NCBI GenBank assembly: GCA_004524445.1
Contig: SDNP01000010.1
Location: 22,637-86,636, forward strand
Length of the DNA stretch: 64,000 nt
Origin: Candidatus Thorarchaeota archaeon
GTDB taxonomy: Archaea; Asgardarchaeota; Thorarchaeia; Thorarchaeales; Thorarchaeaceae
Direction of reading: 5' to 3'
Below, piece after piece: positions 57,051 to 64,000 of the stretch (its first letter is position 1; every line of letters begins with the position of its first letter). The notes beneath the pieces were generated by a model. It ran no database searches. It was given only the letters and a program-made list of their open reading frames with translations, and was not told where the DNA came from. The position numbers were made by a program, and so were the translations under genes.

Positions 57051-60000
57051 CTACTCCTCTTCTTTTCTCTTCCTGACAACAAATCCGATCATTGCGATAC
57101 AACCTACAATTGGAGCTATCACAGTGATAGAAGCAACAACCCGCTCAGTTATCCAGACATTGGGGCTAATGAATGCCGGAGTGGGAACAGCAGGCGGTAT
57201 CGGTGGGTTTTCTACGCCTGCAACAACGTAAACATTTCCACCCCAGTAACTGACAACATCTGGCGGCCCACTAGAATCAATTATGCTGCCAACCTGCGGT
57301 CGAACTACCCGGTGGTCATGTATGCTATAATGCCATAGCAACGAAGAGGTCGCACCACTAACGACATTGATGTACTCCCGATTTGTGAACACAAGGTCGA
57401 TGTGGCCATCACCATCCATGTCGTCAAATACACAGGTAGAGTCGAGTGAATTGATGACCAGCGGTGCAGTATACTGCCAGACCGATGTGCCAGCCGAATT
57501 GTATGCACGAACGCCGATAGTTTCTAGATTCAGAACTATCTCATCTGTTCCATCGTCAAGATGGATATCCGCTGCATAATAGCCACGGAGAGTTGTTGTG
57601 GTTACTATAGTCGTAATGAGCCCGTGCGTTGACCCATCCACTACCCGAATATCATAGCTGCTATCTTTGATGGCAAGGTCCGCGTATGCATCTCCAGTGA
57701 AGTTTCCAACAACAATTTCATAGATTGATGGCCCACCAGTATTGTAGGACCATTGGAATTGACCGTCATAACCTCTGTAGACTGCAGCAAATTCATTGGC
57801 ACCACCTAGAACAACGTCCAAGGTAGTATGCCCAAGAATATAGCCTATATCCATCGCATAAATGCTAGAGGTAAGATTTGTACTGCTACGGTATAGCTCG
57901 ATGCCACTTCCGTCGTACCAAGCAGTATAGGTTTCGCTAGGTCCTGTAAAGGCAATTGCCATCTCTTCGTATGGATTTCCTGAATTAAAACCTCCAACAA
58001 ATGTATCGAGCACCTTCCAACCAGTCGGAGCACTAACGATACCAAGAGTTGAACCTGCCACACCGGACAACGCATAGACCTTGTGGTCTGTTCCTTGCAC
58101 GGCTAGGTCCAACCAAGCATCACCATTGAGATCGCCAATTGAGATATCACTGATTTCCGCAGCCAATTGGCGATTCCAGATTACTGCACCATTGGTTCCG
58201 TTTAGAATCCAGACTGTCTTATTGGTGTCCCACATGACAATTTCATCGAGTCCGTCGGCGTTTAAGTCCGCAACTCGAGTTCCACCAACATTTGCCTCTG
58301 AAATGGTGCTATTCCAATAGAGCTCGTGCATTGGATAGGCCTCATCTTCTTCAGGCGGGATTCTAGTGTATCCATCGATGGCATAGGTCATATTATGCAT
58401 GTAATCCCAAGCAATCAGCGTGTCGATACCATTCCCATGGATATCAGCTGTACCCATAGATGTGAGATAGCCACCAGTAGCATTGAACCATATAGGAATG
58501 CCATTCTTCCCATCTATAGCAACTGCAACGCCATCATCTGAGCTGAGTGAGGAAGTGAAACCGGCAACAATATCATATTTTCCAGAACCTCCAAGGTATC
58601 CGATATGAATATCAACCAAGTGTAAACCGGAATCTAAAGGTGCGTAGTGCCACTGCAAACTCCCAGTGTCAGGCTCTTCTAGATAAATATCTCCATCATT
58701 AGAGTAACCTAGAATCTCGACACTATTGTCATTATCGAAGTCCTCAACATACATGCCCCAAATGCTATTCCAGTCAGATGTATTGTAGAACACAATCCCC
58801 GTTGTTACGTCGAGTATATGTCCTGCATGTTTTCCATAGACGATATCCTCGATGCCGTCATCATTGAAGTCATGTGAGTCAATCCTGGCACCAGGAATAA
58901 CCATTCCAGCTGGCCCCACATAGAGGATCGTGCCATTCAGTGGATTGATGACATTGATAGAGCCATTGTTGGCGACATAAGCGACATCTAAGATGGAACC
59001 GCCTGTAAGATTCGCAATATGAGCATCATAGAGCTGCCCACTAGAAGGAGTCCATCTGTGATAGAAAGACCCGTTTTGATGTAGGACCCATATGTCACCG
59101 CCCGTTGTTGTGAACACGACTTCGTTCTCACTATCATTCTCAAGGTCTCCAACATCAACCGAGAAGAGTGTAGTTGTGGGGTTGCTGTAGTGCCATACCT
59201 CGTGTCCATCCTGAATATCTACAACATGTAGCGTTCCATTTCTGCTTGCCAAAATGACTTCCGGAATAGAGTCATTGGTCAAATCAGCAAGCATCGAGTC
59301 ATAGTATCCATCTACACCGTCGGTGAAGTTCCACAGAAGTGTGCCGTCGTCATCGAGAGCATATGCATCTGCAGGGGAAAGCTGTACGCAAATCACTTCT
59401 TCTTTACCGTCGTTGTCCAGATCATAGGAATGGAGCGAGTCCCATCCGGCATATATTCCGTAACCAGTAGTCTGCGCACTCCAATTTACCTTTGAGCCTT
59501 TCAGTTCCACGGCCCCTTCCGAAACGTCGATGTATTCGATAAAGTAGACATCGCCACGTTCTGTCGAAATTCCGATATCGTCCCAGCCATTGCTATTCGA
59601 GTCGAAAATAGTCACACCCGTAACGGGGTTGTCATACTCCCTAGAGAGCCAAGCCTCCTCGTATGTCATGAAACCTGAACCATCGGTTGAAGACTTCATT
59701 TCATAAACTCCAACTTGATTGTGGAATCCCACTACGACTTCTCTGCGGCCATCACTATCCGTATCTCCAACAGCAAGGTCGATTACATCACGCAGAGTGT
59801 TTCCAGTCCAATCTGATTGTGGGTTGATTCCATAGACGAGGTCAGGTGCTGATAGAAACACCCACAGCTTGTCGTTAACCTGATACGGAACACTACGAGT
59901 GAATGTATTCAAGTACATGAATCCTGAACCGTCCAAGCCAACAATTACGGGCGTGTATGCCATGGGGGCATACACTCTTTCGGCGCCCTCCCAGTAGCTG

Positions 60001-63000
60001 ACATAGCCATATGGTTCTTCAACTCTATCTATGTAGCCAGGTATTGTGTTCATGCTCTCAGGAACATTCCACGTAGAGCCGCCGGTGGTGCTTGCAACTA
60101 CCTTTATTCGGTCCTCGTAGGGTTCATCAAGAACCTCGTATGTCACAACTATGCTGGCATCATCTGACCTCAGGTAGTCGATGCTTGGATACATTTCTTC
60201 TAAATACGATGATGTGGCCTGATGTGCATATTTACCAGTGAAATCCATCTGGTCATTGCCAACTAGGACCCAAATGTCATGATCTACTTTTCCTAGCTCA
60301 GTATTAACAGCAGTCATGGCAATCGCGATATCCCCATTGCCTAGCTTGACCGCATCCACATCATGGACAGATAGGTCATCTCTATTGGCAAATGTTATGC
60401 CAACTCCAGCATAAGAAGAGGGTGAACCCTTCGGGAAGATACGACAACCAACACGTCCACCAGATGCAAAGAACGAATCTGTATACCTATAGACAATTCC
60501 CATGTGAGTGTTATTGACTTCAATAATTGATGGGTGATATCTACGCGTGAATGGAATGCTGGTCTGGTCCTGTAGAAGAGTAACTGGACTCCATGTACTC
60601 GCACTGGAGTCATAATACGTCCAAGCAATATAATGGGTTCCTGATCCGGACTTTGCCTCCCATGCAAAATAATAGTCATTGGTTAAGGGGTCCACAGTAA
60701 ATGATGGTCGGTACTCCTCCACAATATTGACTCCCCCGTAGTTGAAGCTTGCTGAAAGATTACCGCCTCCACCCCACGTGTCCGTGGGTTTTTCGTAGAA
60801 TTTTCCACCAATGTAGGTATTGTTGGTGTAGACCATGAACATGTAGTCCTCTTGTGGAGAGGCGAGATGAGCAATATCAGCGTGGTATCTATTATAGCCG
60901 CCATAGGTTTCACTTGGATAAAAGACACTAGCCTGTGGAACTATTGGATAGTTTGGTGAAGCGGTCACATATTCTACCTTCTGATACTGAGAGTCAGTCC
61001 CTGGGATATGTTCCCACATATCGAACCCATGGGTATGACCGATGATGATTTCCTGCTCGCCATCATAGTCTTGATCATCCAACATCAATACACTGATTGG
61101 ATTCCAAGTCGTCACCTCTGGTGGCGCAGACCAAACATGTTTGAAAGTTCCACCTTGGCTTTCGTAGATGTACACAAAGCCGTTCTCACGGAGTAGGCGG
61201 ATATCCTCAATTCCACCTATGATGACCTCACGATATCCATCTTTGTCTGTATCACAGAGGGTCATGGCGTTGATTCTAGCAAACTCATTGGTCCCAAAGA
61301 GCGGATTGCCAAGCAGACTATATCTTCCTTCTAGAACTTTGCTTGTCACAAAGAATTCGTTATCTTCCATTCCGATGAAGGAGTGTTCATCTATATTGTA
61401 GATGAATAGGAATGGGCCAGCAGCAACAGCAAGCTCCAATCTGCCATCGTAATCGAGGTCGTCACCAGCCGCCATTGTAGTGATTTTCTCTACTTGGTCA
61501 AACTCAGGACGAGTGACCCAATCAGTATCACGCAAGTCAAATGAATAGGCGAATCGGAGTGCATCACCACCAGTTAGCCCCAGCTCTTCAAAAATATAGA
61601 TTTGAAGATGCGCTGCAACGACTATCTCCTTCAGGCCATCTTGGTCCAAGTCAACATCGGCAATCAAGTGCTCAGCATGGTCCCATACCTTTCGCTTGAA
61701 GTCGCCTGAAATGCCTTCGAGCTCTTCGTAGTAGTAGGGACTTACATCTGACTCCTCTGTGTGATTAAGATCAAATGACCTGAACATGCGTTTGTATGTA
61801 TTATTGGTGAGATGTTCAAAGATGTATACATTGTTATCGTAGTCACCCACAATAATCTCGCCATTGCCATCATTATCGGTATCAGCCGACGCAATACACA
61901 TCGTCCAGCCTTCCAAGTCATCTTCATTGCTCCAAGACTCGTGAATATGATATCCTAGATTGAAGAACAAAGCAGAATCTCTCTCCATGAGGCTGAACTC
62001 CATTTGAGCAACCTTTGGGTACGAAGCGACAATGAATGTATCAGTCGTATCGAACCGAGGTGCACACCAGTACAGGCCGCCAACGTTGTCGTTGTAAGAC
62101 GCCATGGTGTAATCTGCTTGAAGTTCTTGTCCAGTGTATTCGTAGTGGCGTTCTAGAGAGAAACCTCCGACAAAGCCACCATAATCTTGAACTATTCGAA
62201 CATCGGTGAGATTGAGTAGCTTCATGTTGGTTGTTTCTCCAGGGTTGGAGAAGACTTTCTTATCCTCAACCCAAACCGGATTCTCATCATCGCCTTCATT
62301 GAAGAAGCATGTGGCACCCTTCTTATTCCCATAGCTGAGTACTATATCGAAGTCACCATCTCCATCTAAGTCAGCCATGTCTGGCTGCCCCCATAGAGCG
62401 CTCGTTTCAATTAGGTTGATATCATCAAAGTGACCTCTAACATGTGAGAACTGTAGTACACCTGTTTCCTCATAGAGGTTCTTCGCTAAGTAGACCTTGC
62501 CATTCCCAACAACGAAGTCTTGGTCACCATCTCCATCAAAGTCGAAGAAGTCCATTTTTGGCGTAGTTTTTGCCAGGTTGATAAGTTGCGAGAGCTCGCC
62601 CGTTTCATCTATCTCCCAGAGCTCAACACGGTGATTGAATCCCGTAGAAACACTGTCTCTCCAGAAGAAATAGACTCTTGCACGAGTCAATGCGCCTCCC
62701 TCATCAAGGGGAACATCTGGATTGTATACTCCCACGGCGATCATTGGCAGATTGGTCGATGGGCTGTCGAGATTGGCGCCCTCTGCAGAAGTGTATTGCC
62801 ATAGCCCACTCAGCCACGTGTTTATGTCATCGACATAAGGTTGCATCACAGGGTCAAGAGTGATGGCTGTTTCACCGGGAGGAGTTGCGGGATTCTGATA
62901 ATACGCATAGACCTGTCCTTCCTGAGTCCCCATCAAGTATGTGGCTGTATTTGTTCCATAAGGCGATGGATCAAGAATTGCAGGAGCCCACGAGTTGTAG

Positions 63001-64000
63001 GTGGTTGCAGGTTGCGGGGTCATGAAATTGCCAAGTTCGAGATTCCATGTGGGAGTGTTTGGCGTCAACGGAACATGCTCCATTGCCCAGACATTCGCAC
63101 CAAATGTGTAATAGTCATCATCGCCAGATTCCCAAAGAAGCCGGTATCTATCCTCGGAAGCCTCCCATCCAATGCCATGGAATTCTCCAATGACAGTTCC
63201 TACAACTATCTTGTCTAGTTCCGAATCACCAGCAACATAGGCATCTCCATCAAACCGTAACTGACCGATAGAAACACTGAGAGCTTCTGTGATAGTGTTA
63301 TAGACCTGCAAAAGCTCCAGGGAGTTGATTTCGTATAGTGCATTGTCAAAAACGCTAATTTTGACATATCTGAACCAGTCCCACTTACGTCTTGCTAATG
63401 CAGTGTCTACGTCAATCTCAAGCTCATTTGCAGTGTAGTCAAAGTGGTCTGAAGTGACCTGTTCAAATGCCCTGCCATCTTGAGAAACACTGAAGTTGAA
63501 ATGAGTAAATATATCCGAATCAAGAGTGTTCTTGAACCGTATAATCAAGTCAGCTGCAGCATTTGCACTCCCCGTTCCCTCCTCATCCAAACCGAAATCA
63601 ACTATAGCGGTTGCATTGTCAACGCCAGGTAATGAAGCATCAAAGGTTGAGTAGTTGCCATCAGTATAGGATGCCATTCCAGTATTGTACGGATAGACAC
63701 TTGCATCAGGAATGAAATAGGAACCACCCCAAACATACTCAATGGGCTCTGGTTCTACTATGGAGGCATTCAATGGATCATAGTATGTGACATTGTTGGC
63801 TTCAATCACACTATCTGCCCAAAAGTCCAAACCCCAGAGTCCAAAGGTCTCCCATTCCTCATAGTCACGGTATACTTTCTTGTAATCATATGTCTTGGTA
63901 GTTGGATTCCAATCAAGAGTAAAGACACCCTGCCCCTGTGCAACTAAGGCTATCTCGTCACCAGGGGTTCCATCTAGTTCACCTATATCCATTGAGAGAA
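57051..64000 (-). CDS. Giant FG-GAP/VCBS-repeat beta-propeller surface protein (N-terminus beyond window)
   Basis: More than 20 DxDxDGxxD/E-like Ca-binding repeats, Pro-rich stalk, C-terminal TM plus RKRKEEE; frame open to the window end. Confidence 0.9.
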   Translation of the reverse strand, partial: LSMDIGELDGTPGDEIALVAQGQGVFTLDWNPTTKTYDYKKVYRDYEEWETFGLWGLDFWADSVIEANNVTYYDPLNASIVEPEPIEYVWGGSYFIPDASVYPYNTGMASYTDGNYSTFDASLPGVDNATAIVDFGLDEEGTGSANAAADLIIRFKNTLDSDIFTHFNFSVSQDGRAFEQVTSDHFDYTANELEIDVDTALARRKWDWFRYVKISVFDNALYEINSLELLQVYNTITEALSVSIGQLRFDGDAYVAGDSELDKIVVGTVIGEFHGIGWEASEDRYRLLWESGDDDYYTFGANVWAMEHVPLTPNTPTWNLELGNFMTPQPATTYNSWAPAILDPSPYGTNTATYLMGTQEGQVYAYYQNPATPPGETAITLDPVMQPYVDDINTWLSGLWQYTSAEGANLDSPSTNLPMIAVGVYNPDVPLDEGGALTRARVYFFWRDSVSTGFNHRVELWEIDETGELSQLINLAKTTPKMDFFDFDGDGDQDFVVGNGKVYLAKNLYEETGVLQFSHVRGHFDDINLIETSALWGQPDMADLDGDGDFDIVLSYGNKKGATCFFNEGDDENPVWVEDKKVFSNPGETTNMKLLNLTDVRIVQDYGGFVGGFSLERHYEYTGQELQADYTMASYNDNVGGLYWCAPRFDTTDTFIVASYPKVAQMEFSLMERDSALFFNLGYHIHESWSNEDDLEGWTMCIASADTDNDGNGEIIVGDYDNNVYIFEHLTNNTYKRMFRSFDLNHTEESDVSPYYYEELEGISGDFKRKVWDHAEHLIADVDLDQDGLKEIVVAAHLQIYIFEELGLTGGDALRFAYSFDLRDTDWVTRPEFDQVEKITTMAAGDDLDYDGRLELAVAAGPFLFIYNIDEHSFIGMEDNEFFVTSKVLEGRYSLLGNPLFGTNEFARINAMTLCDTDKDGYREVIIGGIEDIRLLRENGFVYIYESQGGTFKHVWSAPPEVTTWNPISVLMLDDQDYDGEQEIIIGHTHGFDMWEHIPGTDSQYQKVEYVTASPNYPIVPQASVFYPSETYGGYNRYHADIAHLASPQEDYMFMVYTNNTYIGGKFYEKPTDTWGGGGNLSASFNYGGVNIVEEYRPSFTVDPLTNDYYFAWEAKSGSGTHYIAWTYYDSSASTWSPVTLLQDQTSIPFTRRYHPSIIEVNNTHMGIVYRYTDSFFASGGRVGCRIFPKGSPSSYAGVGITFANRDDLSVHDVDAVKLGNGDIAIAMTAVNTELGKVDHDIWVLVGNDQMDFTGKYAHQATSSYLEEMYPSIDYLRSDDASIVVTYEVLDEPYEDRIKVVASTTGGSTWNVPESMNTIPGYIDRVEEPYGYVSYWEGAERVYAPMAYTPVIVGLDGSGFMYLNTFTRSVPYQVNDKLWVFLSAPDLVYGINPQSDWTGNTLRDVIDLAVGDTDSDGRREVVVGFHNQVGVYEMKSSTDGSGFMTYEEAWLSREYDNPVTGVTIFDSNSNGWDDIGISTERGDVYFIEYIDVSEGAVELKGSKVNWSAQTTGYGIYAGWDSLHSYDLDNDGKEEVICVQLSPADAYALDDDGTLLWNFTDGVDGYYDSMLADLTNDSIPEVILASRNGTLHVVDIQDGHEVWHYSNPTTTLFSVDVGDLENDSENEVVFTTTGGDIWVLHQNGSFYHRWTPSSGQLYDAHIANLTGGSILDVAYVANNGSINVINPLNGTILYVGPAGMVIPGARIDSHDFNDDGIEDIVYGKHAGHILDVTTGIVFYNTSDWNSIWGMYVEDFDNDNSVEILGYSNDGDIYLEEPDTGSLQWHYAPLDSGLHLVDIHIGYLGGSGKYDIVAGFTSSLSSDDGVAVAIDGKNGIPIWFNATGGYLTSMGTADIHGNGIDTLIAWDYMHNMTYAIDGYTRIPPEEDEAYPMHELYWNSTISEANVGGTRVADLNADGLDEIVMWDTNKTVWILNGTNGAVIWNRQLAAEISDISIGDLNGDAWLDLAVQGTDHKVYALSGVAGSTLGIVSAPTGWKVLDTFVGGFNSGNPYEEMAIAFTGPSETYTAWYDGSGIELYRSSTNLTSSIYAMDIGYILGHTTLDVVLGGANEFAAVYRGYDGQFQWSYNTGGPSIYEIVVGNFTGDAYADLAIKDSSYDIRVVDGSTHGLITTIVTTTTLRGYYAADIHLDDGTDEIVLNLETIGVRAYNSAGTSVWQYTAPLVINSLDSTCVFDDMDGDGHIDLVFTNREYINVVSGATSSLLWHYSIHDHRVVRPQVGSIIDSSGPPDVVSYWGGNVYVVAGVENPPIPPAVPTPAFISPNVWITERVVASITVIAPIVGCIAMIGFVVRKRKEEE

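Noticed and set aside
3512-63218. Numerous short antisense or overlapping ORFs in the track (e.g. 3512..3940, 16317..16835, 41592..42032, 62841..63218)
   Set aside because: Shadow frames of well-supported genes, with no motifs
1-64000. Mobile elements, prophage, defence systems, rRNA
   Set aside because: No transposase, integrase, capsid, cas, restriction-modification or rRNA signatures recognised

Overview
Gene-dense archaeal chromosome segment, very probably from an Asgard archaeon (Thorarchaeia-like). This is inferred from a single-domain gelsolin, three Rab-like small GTPase-fold proteins, a longin-like protein, a 22-residue 'IDLxPL' LRR protein, DUF106/EMC3, a geranylgeranyl-reductase-family enzyme, archaeal BRE/TATA promoters and frequent TTG/GTG starts. 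About 65 CDSs are present. I recognised no rRNA, tRNA, CRISPR array or transposase. Recognisable blocks: an arsS plus two-glycosyltransferase (arsenosugar-type) cluster at 4.8-7.4 kb, a MoxR AAA+/VWA pair, a DsrE/F/H sulfur-relay trio, a thiol-redox neighbourhood at 38-48 kb, two ABC systems and a >2300-aa FG-GAP surface protein cut by the right edge. The best candidate for an undescribed system is the co-oriented cluster at 41.4-45.4 kb: Zn-ribbon protein, longin-like protein, two paralogous ~15-TM membrane proteins and a Rab-like GTPase. Other leads are an unannotated ~153-nt four-way-junction structured RNA (54994-55146), an unannotated 59-aa Cys-rich tail-anchored microprotein, a pseudo-GTPase, PIP-box-bearing unknowns next to a HEAT/winged-helix protein, and an AAA-lid-like copy at the N-terminus of the VWA protein. 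All calls are by eye and no searches were run.
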